From Camelus ferus (Eukaryota): a stretch of 64,000 nucleotides of DNA. Under the pieces are notes generated by a model. That model saw only the letters and a program-made list of their open reading frames with translations. It searched no databases and was not told where the DNA came from. This document shows, piece after piece, positions 41,640 to 53,040 of this stretch (positions within the stretch are counted from its first letter, which is position 1; each line of letters begins with the position of its first letter). A program made the position numbers and the translations under genes. The DNA lies in the NCBI RefSeq assembly GCF_009834535.1, contig NC_045697.1:99946001-100010000 (forward strand), given 5' to 3'.

Positions 41640-41765
41640 GATGTTCACTGAAAGAGTGTGACAAATACATGTATGTATATGCATGACTGGGACATTGTGC
41701 TGTACACTAGAAATTGACACACCATAACTGATGGTACTTCAATAAAAAAAAAAAGAGAAAAGAAA
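41640..41765 (+). mobile_element. Short lineage-specific L1 3' tail
   Basis: gcatgactgggacattgtgctgtacactagaaattgacacaccataactgatggtacttcaataaaaaaaaaa. Confidence 0.7.
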
Positions 41766-43593
41766 GTGTGGTGGTGCAGGACAAGCTTTCTGTACAAAGG
41801 GCTGAGGGGAGGGTGGGATGAGGCTCTATTTTGTATTTGTTTGAATGTGCAAAAAGGATCTGGGGAAGATACACAAAAAATGGATACAGTGGTTACAAGA
41901 GGAACAGGACTGAGATGTTTTCCACTGTATACATTTTAATATCTTTGGATTTTTGAACCATATGAATATATTATTACTCAAAATTTATTTAAATTGTAAA
42001 AAGTATCTCTGTGACTGTGTCAAAAGCATCTTTTGCTCAGCACATTAGCAAACCATCAACCTCAAGAATTAGGAGACGCTTGAGGGAGAGCCGCTAAGGG
42101 TTATCATTTGCAATCTCTTCTCAAAAGTTTCCCAAATGTGAAGACCTTAAAGGTAGAATCATTCTCACAATCCTCCTCAGTACTACTTTTCCTTCAAATG
42201 GTGTGATTTAAATACTCACGCACATAAAGCCAATTATAAACTTCTCATGCTCAAAGCTCACTTATAGTTACAAAACCAAAATATGCTCACAAATCAACCA
42301 CAGCAAAATTATACAACCAACAGAAGTCTGAAATAACCACATTAACTTATGGTGAAAGATGAGGTTGTTTTGCTGAAACTAACTTAGATGAGGAATTCTG
42401 TACAGGCTCTCTGGGCTCACTGTGTCACCTTCTGTTAAGCAATGTGGTGACTCTGCCGCCATTTTCCTCTATTCAAATTCAGGAAACCTTTGTATCGTGT
42501 GTTGAGAAATCATCTGACTCTCTTCTGGTCAAATGCATTGTGTACTATTCAAGCTGGCCATTTTTCCAATGGCTCAAAAACAATTGATCTGGAGCCATCA
42601 CAATCATAAATCCAAGCGCTAACTTGAGCGTGTCCATCATAAGGTGGTCATAACAATAACCCAGAATAACATGTACTGACTTTGATTCGTATTGTTCATT
42701 ACTAACATGATAAAAATGAAAATATCAAACTTTAAAATTATGGTGAGAACTCAGGCTGACAATGTGCACAGACCTCCCGCAGTTCACAGCTGCAAAATTA
42801 GCTATAAAATTAGCTGCAAAAAAACAGCTGTAATTAGTTAATACATTAAAGGGGCAGTGTGTCTATTCACGGCCCCAGTTGAAGACTCTTTGCCTTGGAA
42901 TTGATGTTCAAGCCTCTGAGAGGTCAGACTCTTTGGCCCCTGAGTCTGCCTTCACCTCCGATTCTTTCTTTGTGTCACTGCGCAGCTCAGCCCCATTCCT
43001 GTGCCCATTTGCAGGCTCTCAAACTCCAGTCTGGGGCAAGAGTCTCAAACCACCTACAGCCTAGCGATGAGAGGGATGAGAGTGTAGATCACCTGAGTGA
43101 TGACATAATTCCCATTTAGCACAAATATCAATTCCCCATAGAGGGCACACGCATTCCAACCTGCATTTCAAAGCCTCTCGCATTAAGTCTTGACAAAACC
43201 CAAGAAACTAATTTCAGTACTAGACATCTGTACAGATTCTTGCTGAATCCAGTCTCCCAGGCATAGGGATGATGTCATATACTTTTGCATCTTAAGTGCC
43301 TAACGTGGTAAGCGCCTAATATCTGTCCGATGGATGAATGAGGGAGTGAGTGAATGGATGAATAAACGAATAAAAATAAGTGATGAATTAGCCAGAGAGT
43401 AAAACTAGGGAAAAGGCAAAAAAAATTTTAAAAAGTTTTAAAAGCAAGCTCATTTAACTACCGCATGCACCTGAACCACCAGGCGGCCTCTTTTTCACAT
43501 CTCTAGTGCCCCTCTGATCACCAACAGAAGCAGTGGTACCCTTTTTGAATTAAAATTGTTCTCCATATATAAACTTCTTTAAAAACCACAGTC

Positions 43594-43732
43594 AGGGGGA
43601 GGATGTAGCTCAGCGGTAGAGCACATGCTTATTAGCAAGTACGAGGTCCTGTGTTCAATCCCCAGTACCTCCATTAAAGATAAATAAACCTAATTACCTT
43701 CCACCCCCACTAAAAAAGTTTTTAAAAATTAA
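43594..43732 (+). mobile_element. Full-length camelid tRNA-derived SINE (Vic-1 type) with 14-bp TSD
   Basis: GGGGGAGGATGTAGCTCAGCGGTAGAGCACATGC...GAGGTCCTGTGTTCAATCCCCAGTACCTCC (boxes A and B) and tail taaataaacctaattacc. Perfect TSD TAAAAACCACAGTC at 43580-43593 and 43733-43746, at a TT/AAAA L1 endonuclease site. Confidence 0.9.
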
Positions 43733-46700
43733 TAAAAACCACAGTCTACCAGGAAACTGGAGTAGAGTTCTCTTGAGTATTTATTTATAAAGCATTTGTA
43801 AGTACAGTGTAGGGAGTCATTCTAATAGTTGGCCTGTCACCAAAGCTAAAGCTAAAACAAGTAGACAGTACAGGACTTCAGTTAGTAAAAACTGTGGTGT
43901 GGTAAACACCTTCCCATGCATTGTGATTCGTGATTATAAAGGTCAGTAGCTAAATATTTCAGGCACATTCTTTTGATACCAGGTTCCATGTTGCCAGGAA
44001 TGTTGGCCACAACCCAACGAAAGGGAAAGAGGAAACATTTCTCTCAAGTTCAAGCAGTTTCTGAGTCACATGAAGACTTTTTAATTTGTTTTTACTTAAA
44101 ATGGTAAGAAATAATGCTGCTGTTAAAAATTCCAATTAATTTAAATCGGCCACTGTGGGAAAGGTGGAATCTGCCTCCTCTGATGAGAACTCAGGCATAT
44201 GTACTTCAAACAGATGGCAGTACTGCCATTCTGGGGTCCTGGTATTGCTCTGTTCCCCTCTGTATCCTTGATTCTCACTCTTCCTCCTTTTCGGATGTCC
44301 TCTGTGTCACACAGTCCTCATTCCCTCATAGCTACAGAACTGCCATCAACTGGTTACCCTCTCTCTCAAGTCGACATTTCAGGTTTCATGTGACAATGCA
44401 GTGAAGCCACCTCACTGGGTTTCAGAGCGTGAAGCTCTCGTAAAAGTAATGAGGGTAAAGATGTGTATCAGCTAATGTGTTTTGCCTAAGGTGTTAGAGA
44501 TACGCATGGTTTGAACAAATCCCCTCAGTTTTAATGAGATTGTACCAATGCTAGAGGATTCGAATGATGGGAAAATGAGATTGTGTTTAACCACATTCCC
44601 AAAGATCAACTTGTCCATCACAACAGCCAAGAACCCAGTGAAGGCACCAGGGAGATGATAACTTCAGTTATGAGTGGTAGGGACTATGTCTTCCCCCAGA
44701 AAGACTCCTAGTTAGGTAGCAAAATCCTTCACCCACTTGGTCTCCTCCCATAACTTCGGTTTCACCCTTGACTGCCCACTCTGACTCAAGGCACTAAAAC
44801 TCTTTGTCAGAGAGTTCAGTCCTGGGTATGATTGGTAAGCCTGCCAGGGTCCACCATGTGGCTCATCAGACCCCTTTGACAATTAACACCTCTCCCACAG
44901 CCTGGTGTGTGCCAGCTGGCCTCTCTGAGACCAAGGGCACCTGGCCAGGCAAAAGCCCTCCCCTTTAGCTGCTGGGAAATCAGATGTCAGATACCCTGAC
45001 AAAGAATGGATCTGATGGTACTGAGACAGCAACAAGAAACAGGACACGCGTCTGCCTGCACCCCAAAGTCACCGACACACAATGGTGAGGAGCTGAGTCT
45101 CACGGGGAGTGCATGAACTGTGGGTGCTCTCCACCCACAAATGGAGAACACTGCTGGAATGACCCCTGACCACCCTGAAGACGCGCTGAGCCGCTGGTCT
45201 AAGCCATCAACCAGGCAGTACTTGTCTATCCTAAGTGAGTTTCAAGTTAAATGTGACCAATGCCTGTCCTTTATCCAAAGATGGTCAGCCACATTCTTAC
45301 TGAGACCATGGGGCCATTTAGACTAGCTTTGAAGGTCTCAGAAATGAATGCAAGGGGGAAACGGTAGTTGACTGCAGAGTTGAAGCAGGTGGACTCGAGG
45401 CAGACTGCCCTGGGCTCACACACCATCAGCTTGAGCACTTACTGGCTGAGGGGCCTGAGGCTCAGATCCTTCCTCTACCAACAGGGATAATGTTAAGTGC
45501 TACTTACTGGGGTTGTTCTGATGATCAGAGGAGAGTGCCGAACTCTCGGTAGGCAGGCAAGCACTCAACTGGTGTTAGGCATTATTATTATTAGGGTCAC
45601 TAATTATTATGAGGCATCTCACTGCCAAAATCCAGAAATTTTCTTCTGACTAACTCATTTCTTAAAAAGTCATTGAAACCACCAAAATGACTGAGTCACA
45701 AAAGAGTGAATGGTTTGCAAGCTGGTGCCTGTCTCGTGGAAGGAAAACCTGGTCTAAGGAACACCCACGCGATCCCGTTATAAAAGTGAAGTAAGCATCC
45801 GGGGGGGGGGACTTCAGCACACTCGATTCACCGCTCGTTCGGTCTTGGCGAGCCTTCGACCAACGTGAGAAAGTGAAGTTAGTAGAATTGTGACTCAAAG
45901 CCAGGCCTCCTTATTCCAAATTCTCTTCTCTTTCCACACCCTGTGAAGTGAGAATGTTTCTTAACTGGTGCACTAGGCCTCAAGGCTGAATCCAGTAAGA
46001 AGCAGGGCTACTTTGGGCTTCCACTTCTTCCAGATCATAGAAACCATCCTCTGACATGAATGGGGCTGAACACCAGAGGTCGAACAGGACCCTGCTTCCC
46101 TCCTCACTCTGTAACTCCCCGTCATCACCACGACATACTGCGCTCTTGCCAGGTTCCAAGGGCTGCTCTCAACACTCTCCCTCTACACATGCAAACAACT
46201 CCAACAGAAAGGCACTACTTTCATCCCCCTTTTACAGATGAGGAGACTGAGGCCGGGAAACAGAATTTGCCTGTTTGGCACAATTTAGCTATTCCATGAC
46301 TGAGCTGTTTCTGCTCAGTTTGCTTAAAAGTACCTGGATAAGAGGGGGTAAATTATCCTTCCTCTTCTCTGGCTGACTTCCAGGACAGCAAGTCTCCACA
46401 GACCGCTGCTCACCCCTGTCAGACACCTGTCATAGGTCTTATTTGGAAAGAAAATCAAACACTAACAGAAACCTTTGTACAGTTGCAAATATATTCAAAT
46501 TGCAACCACACTCTGCTTTAATAGCTAGATATTAACGTTAGATGTCTCAAACACAAGTACAGGGAGACTTTTGGGGAGACTGGAACACCTTTCCCAGTGA
46601 GGACATTGTTATTGTTTATTCACCCATGTTCTCCAAATCCTAAAGAAAACACTGCCCTGTTCTCATATCATTAAGTGCTTATTTAATTAACTAAAATGAT

Positions 46701-47959
46701 ACTTGGTCTTGTTCAGATCACGCCACTGCCAGTTATTACTGGTTTCAACATAGAACTCAAGTCTTCCCAGATCTGTTTACACCACAGGACACAACATTCC
46801 ACCAGGCCCCAGAGTCCCCTACCTGTTACCAGAAAACCAGGTATTCTGTGGAGAGTGTGATTATTTAAATCCATAACCTATGTAGCTAATTTTAAAGACA
46901 CTAAATGAATATCAGGGAACAAACATTTGATACAATTCAACTGACAACATATATTTACAAATTATAATAATATGCATCATGGTGACACTATACAATACAA
47001 CAGCCAGTGTAAATATTAGCCTGTGACTAGGTATTTCGATAGAGCATGGACTCCCCAGTTTGCCTGGTCCTCACCACTCCCTACTGCCCTGCTGACACTG
47101 GAGCTAGCTTCCATGTATCACCTCGTACTCTTATAAAACTACAATCATTGTTCATAGGAATGAAATGTATCTCTATAACTATAAACTACATCTCCATCAA
47201 AGCTGGAAAAATAAAAGATAGACTGAGAGGGCTACATGTTTCAAAATATTTGGGAGAAGATATTTGTACAATAAAGAATATTCATAAATGTTTAATATTT
47301 TTTAAAAAAACTGACCTTTACAAGAGAGGCAATAGCCCTCTTCCCAACACTCCCTCCTTCCTCATGCCCCTTCAAAAATAATTATTTGAGTTCTAAATGC
47401 CAGGAGTTATTAAGTATCCCGACACTAAGCCGTCCTTTATTTAGCTAATGTCAGGACCAGACTTGCCCAGGAAAACAAGAGAAGTCTTTCCAGAGAAATT
47501 TCTTTCTGAGAGAGGCTTTCTAGATCCTTCAGGGGGCTTGGGGAACTGTAAATCTGATAATTCTTAATGCCTGGGTCTTCGTTTTCCTTGTTAATTTAGG
47601 CAAACAACCTTACAACTTTAAACTAAACAACATTAAATTCTTATTACGTGTGTTTACACACTCATTTCCATAAAGTCAGATTCTTCCCAGGCTACCTGGG
47701 CAAAAGGCCTCCCGAGACAGGTGAGCAGGCGCTCTGTTTCCTGCTTGGATTGTTCCATAATTAAACAGTAAACGGTACTTCAAATCTAAAGGTACATGGA
47801 ATCTCAAGGTATGTGGAAATGCCTATGCTTCTTTCTAACTCTGCAGTTGATGTAAAAACAATGCATTATATTACTTCCAAAGTAATAAGGAATAGTCAGT
47901 GTCATGTAGACTTAAAAACCAAACAACCCGACCATTCATCACCCCAGTTACAGTAACAA

Positions 47960-48075
47960 AACGGTTTTCTTTTCTTCTCCTTTCTCTTCTCTTCTCTTTC
48001 CTTTTCTTCTTTCCTCCCCCATCCTCCCTCCCCGTTTCCTTCCTTTTCTTCTTCTCATTTTTCCCTTCCTGTTTT
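47960..48075. repeat. CT-rich low-complexity polypyrimidine tract
   Basis: About 110 bp almost exclusively C/T. Confidence 0.85.
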
Positions 48076-50934
48076 CTAGTGAACATCTGTTCCTTGCGGG
48101 CAAGGCTGTTTTATTATGCCCCATTTTCACTTGGTAGGCGCTACCACCAAGCTGATGGCTGCCCAGTAGACTTCTGATACCGTCAATAGGTTGTTCCCAG
48201 GTACACTAGGTAGATGGAGGCTACTTGGGCAGGAGAAGACTTCATTTGGAACACATAGTCTTAATACCATATTAAACTTGACACTTTTGGCTTTCAAAGG
48301 ACTTTCAGTGTCTCATTTGGCCCTCACGATAAACATGTAAGGTGGGTAGAGGGAACCATCCCCATTTTCAGTTGAAACACAGTGTCAGAGAAGTTAAAAA
48401 CCATGGCGCTGATGGGTCTCCTTCCGTTCCAGAAAGTCCTGTAAGTTAGCAACCACCAGAAATGTTTAAACTCCTTCACCCCACCTATAATTTATAGTGA
48501 AAGATAAATACAGAATTTCTTATCAAATTCTTTCTATTTGCCATAAACTACCTCAAATAGGAGCAGATACCCTCTTTGACATTCACATTCTATTGGAAGG
48601 ACATTTCCAAGGCCCTTTTAAAGATGATTATCCTCATTTACTAAGCTTTTTGAAAATACTCTCTCCCATTCTGTGTGGATATTATAGATCCTGCAAGACA
48701 AAGATGTAGTTGGTGAGTAAGAGCAAGCAAAAAAAGTATTCACCTTTGAAATTTTATGAAGTCTTGTGTTTTAAAAAGTGGGCTATCAGCACAAGAGAAA
48801 CAGAAATCTGCAAGTAGCCATTACAAGCACACACGCGAGAGTCTGGTACAGCCGTACCATTCAAGTGATCAGACACTGTCCCCGCGACAAACTGAAACGT
48901 CCACAAAAAATGAAGAAGAGGTGTCCTCTGCTAGCCAAAGTTTTTATGGGCGCTAAGAAAGGAGGGACAGATCACAACTCATTACTGATATTTCCAGCAA
49001 GGGGCCAACCCAAGTTATCTGAGTTAGGAAAAAGTCACGGGGTGCTTGCTTGGTCAAACACACCCTAAAATTGGAATCATGTGGACAAGATTAGCAGGAC
49101 TCTGAAAAGAACACCCCATAAATGTTCAAAAGCAAAACTACATGATGCCTTTAGGAGGACTCCATGGAATTCGCCATGAAGATGGGAGTTACGTCAGGAG
49201 AGAGACATGCTGACTTTTATCAAGGAGAGGATGAGGGGGAAGGGGACAGTGGGCTTGGATAAACAGGTTAAAGTCAGAGGGAATGTAGCTCCCTCTTCCT
49301 AAAGCTCACAGAGACACTCAAGTGGGGCCGTATTTGAGAGACTAGAGACGTTCCATTGCAAAAGAGAGAACGGGAAGGAAATAGGAAGGAAGTGAGAAGG
49401 AAGGGGAGTCTGCAGGATTAGCATTCTGACAGTTGTCTAAGCGCTGTGGAGTTCGGGGTCAGCAGTGATTAGCCACACACCATCCAATCAGAACAACACC
49501 GTAATTAGGCTCATAATTGAATTTTAGAGCGCAAAAGGGTAACGCCCACCACACTGTTCTGCATTTGAAACCAATTCTTCTCTCTAGTCACCAGTAGGTT
49601 AGGAGAATTAACAAGGGAGAACCCCAGGATTTAGCTGTCAGAACTGTGTGCTCTGCATTACAGAGCATCCCAGGGAGGGCTGCCCCTGGGGAGTATGTGC
49701 AGGGAAGAGAGCAGCTGGGGCAACACCAGATCTTGCCCCAAGGCAGGACCTTCCACTAGCTTATCTAGACACTGCTCCCCCCCCCCCCACTCACACACTC
49801 ACACACACACACCCTCCTAGGGCCTTCCCCACAATGAACTGAGAACTCTAGTTGAAGGGCCACATACCTGGGTATCAGGGTAAGAGAAAGAAAGAAGCAC
49901 TAACTTATCTTTGCATTCGGGCAGTGATATGTTCCTATTGTTTGAACACTATATAGCAAACTGGACATTTCTAACTGGCTAGGAAGCTAACAAAATTACC
50001 TGGAAATGCTATAAGACTACTTACAAATTGTAATAATCCTGCTGCAAGCAACAACATTAAATTTCTGAAAATCACTTGGGTAGAAAATTCAAAGCTGATA
50101 AACGGAAGACTTTAGAGGACTGGCTCTTCATTTTTGGACTCCTAATCCACTCTAAGGAGCTGACAGACGTGGTGGAGCCTCAGCTCCAGAAAAATATGAA
50201 CTCCTAATGAATTCCATAAATCTCATATATAATTTCATGTTGTTCCAAGATCTGAACCCCCACCAGCCTAAGTATCTTTAAAAGAAAAAAGTAGTTCAGG
50301 GAGCCAAACTATTACAAAGATCCTATTAAAAAAACTCAGTAACATTTTTACATCCACAAAGAGAAAAGAAGCAGGTACTGAAGAAAGAAAATACGATCTC
50401 TGACACAAATTACATTAGTGAAAATTGATATCGTTTCTCCAATATGTTGGAGATTGACTCCCCGCCTGCTAAACACGGATACTGGTTTTCCTTGTGGAAT
50501 ATCCATCAAAACAGACCTCTTCCTTCCCTGGTCCTCCATCAGCGCCCTCTCAACTGTTTAACTTGGAATGGCTCTATCTCATGGTCCAAAGACAGCTTAA
50601 CTAGAAGGCTGGATATGGGGAAAGTTTGGAGACCTTTCTTAGGAAACTCCAGAGACAGTTTTCAGACTTCCTCCCTGGCACAGAGTCAGGTAACTGTAAC
50701 CTATGACAGCCACTGGCCAACGACACCGTAACACTGGAGAAGGAGCAGCCTGGCTCTGCCTTTCCCTTCATATCCACACTCAAGATTGCATTTCTAAGAC
50801 TGAGACTGACTTTGCCTCCGTTTCCTTTAGCTTTCCAAAGGCTGCGCTCCAGTTTCACCTTCCTCTCTTCTTTTTTCTTTGTTTCGCTTTTTATCCTTCT
50901 TTCTTTCCAAATGCAGTCATGCAGTCACAGCTAA

Positions 50935-51133
50935 GTACAAATCCAGACTCTGTCTGTTACTAGCAGGGTCTCCTTAAGTAAGATACTTAACTTCTCCAGC
51001 ATGTGGTTTCCTCATCTGTAACACACGGAAGAATAACTACCCTACATGGTTGTTATGGAAATCAAATTAGTAACGTATGAAAAGTTCTCAGCTGAAAGCC
51101 TGAACCACAGAAGAATTCCATCAAATGTTAGCT
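50935..51133 (+). mobile_element. MIR
   Basis: aatccagactctgtctgttactagc...acttaacttctccagcatgtggtttcctcatctgtaa...tcaaatgttagct. Confidence 0.75.
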
Positions 51134-51155
51134 CCTCTGCCTTTATCCTCTATGC

Positions 51156-51256
51156 TAATAGTAAAAATAATAGGAAGTACATACAACTAAGCATTAATAA
51201 AATAATATGACCACAATAACAATGACTTGGAAATTTAGCTTTTAGATCATGTAGAT
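51156..51256 (+). repeat. Inverted repeat, left arm (101 bp)
   Basis: Reverse complement of 52342-52442 with one mismatch (GACCAC vs GATCAC). Confidence 0.95.
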
Positions 51257-51302
51257 ATGAAAATGTATTACAAAGAAGCTTTTAGAAATCATGTACTTTA
51301 CA

Positions 51303-51546
51303 AACTACTATGTCCAAAATAGATAAACAACAAAGACCTACTGTAGAGCACAGGGAACTATATTCAGTATCTTGTAATAACCTACAATGAAAAGAACGCA
51401 AAAAAGAAAATATATATATATATATATATATATCTGAATCACTATGCTGTACACTAGAAACTAACACAACATTGTAAATCAACTATACTTCAACTAAAAA
51501 ATAAAATTAAATAAATAAAAGGGTAGATCTTTAACAATTTAAAAAA
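51303..51546 (+). mobile_element. L1 3' end with internal (TA)n and diverged 19-bp TSD
   Basis: gacctactgtagagcacagggaactatattcagtatcttgtaataacc...ctatgctgtacactagaaactaacacaacattgtaaatcaactatacttcaa. Flanks AGAAATCATGTACTTTACA (51284-51302) and AGAAATAATGTACTTCACA (51547-51565). Confidence 0.88.
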
Positions 51547-52341
51547 AGAAATAATGTACTTCACAGTACTTCACATTATTCATTACAGTACTAGATATGC
51601 AAATATTATAAAAAGGCAATGGAGTAAAAAAAGTAAATAAATTAATGATTTCTTCTTTTAATGCTTTCAAGAGTCCAAATGTAAATCTGTTAAGTCCTGC
51701 TTATTTTTATTACAGATTACCTTGGTTCCCAGGTTAATATAAAGATTTTAAAAATTCATTTGGACTACTGAAATGTAAAGAGTTTCATTATTAAGAAGCA
51801 AGTAATCTAGAAAAAACTATATGAGATAAACAAAGAGTTCGGCTTTTCTGTTTCGAGCATAAACAGATCAAATCCTTAATGTTCTACTTGACCTTCCCTC
51901 TAGCAAACACTTAAACTTGCCCAGCAAGCCTCAGAATAATGGAGCCGAAAGCCAGGAATGCATTTCACAGACCTCACTTCCAGGGCTGGACAGTTAATCA
52001 CCTGGCCTAGTGGTCCTTGGGCCCCAACAGAGAGTAGAATTAATCCAACTAAATGAAAGCTTCCAATCCAGATCTCGTGTGATGAGTTAGGAGAACCTTC
52101 ATGGATCTCTTGAATGGATCCCACAGCCAGGGAACCCCCAGCTCCCTGAGAGCAAATGTAAATAACCAACAGCAAAATGTGAAATGCCTTTTGAAGCAAA
52201 TCAGAAGCCAGTGGCAACTGCAGAAGAACTTGAAAAATGGCTGGCCAGTCCTCTGAACACATCCCTGACAGGAAAGGGAAATAAAGCAAAAGGGAAAGCA
52301 GGTCAATGATTTCTTCAGAAATCATTTAACTAACTACTATG

Positions 52342-52442
52342 ATCTACATGATCTAAAAGCTAAATTTCCAAGTCATTGTTATTGTGATCATATTATTTTA
52401 TTAATGCTTAGTTGTATGTACTTCCTATTATTTTTACTATTA
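52342..52442 (-). repeat. Inverted repeat, right arm (101 bp), flanked by 9-bp direct repeat TAACTACTA
   Basis: Inverted copy of 51156-51256; TAACTACTA at 52331-52339 and 52443-52451. Confidence 0.95.
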
Positions 52443-52800
52443 TAACTACTAGGTAATATGTCTAACTTACAAATTCCTGATTGGCTAATTAACCACATAT
52501 CTTTATATATATAAATATAAAGAAAGGTGGCCACACCCCTGCCTCCCACCTCTGTCCTCTCCCTGGTGGTCCCAGTTTGCCACAGTCAGGGTCATTGGTG
52601 CAAGGAGACAGGGAGAGAAGAGAAAGAGAGGAGAGAATAGAGAGGGAGGGAGGGAGGGAGGGAAAAAGAGAGAGAGTTCTGGGTTTACTGCCAGAGCTTT
52701 CAAAATGTGCATCTCTAGGAAGAAGGGAAGGAGAGAGGTGTGCAGGTAGCATGGCTGAAAGTTGCTGATCAAAAATTACCTCCACCAAAAATTAACTATT

Positions 52801-53040
52801 AATATACATATATATGTATATATACACATCCTTCTTCATTACAGGTTACCACAAGCCATTGAATATAGCTCCCTGTGCTGTACAAGTAGGACCTTGTTTA
52901 TCTATTCTGTACCTAGTAGTTTGCATCTGCCAATCCCAAACTCCCAATTAATCCCTCCATCCCCCCCTCTCCACCCTCCTAATCATAAGTTTGTTTTCTA
53001 TGTCTGTGAGTCTCTGTCTTATAAATAAGTTCATTTGTTG
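52801..53040 (-). mobile_element. Lineage-specific L1 3' UTR fragment (reverse)
   Basis: ttgaatatagctccctgtgctgtacaagtaggacc...cataagtttgttttctatgtctgtgagtct. Confidence 0.85.

Larger units (their letters stand above)
40215..42000 (+). mobile_element. Old L1M 3' region hosting younger nested L1 insertions
   Basis: L1 ORF2-end motifs (cagacaaagggctcacatcc; aaatgcaaactagaaatacactgaggtaccatttt) resume after 41290 and continue to an L1M 3' UTR near 41990. Confidence 0.7.

Noticed and set aside
43594..43672. tRNA-like sequence
   Set aside because: Disrupted anticodon arm, SINE tail and TSD show it is a tRNA-derived SINE, not a tRNA gene.
51156..52442. DNA transposon with 101-bp terminal inverted repeats
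   Set aside because: The direct repeat flanks only the right arm. The termini resemble no TIR family I know, the interior has no transposase remnant, and it holds an L1 that looks older than the arms. A TA-type TSD cannot be formally excluded.
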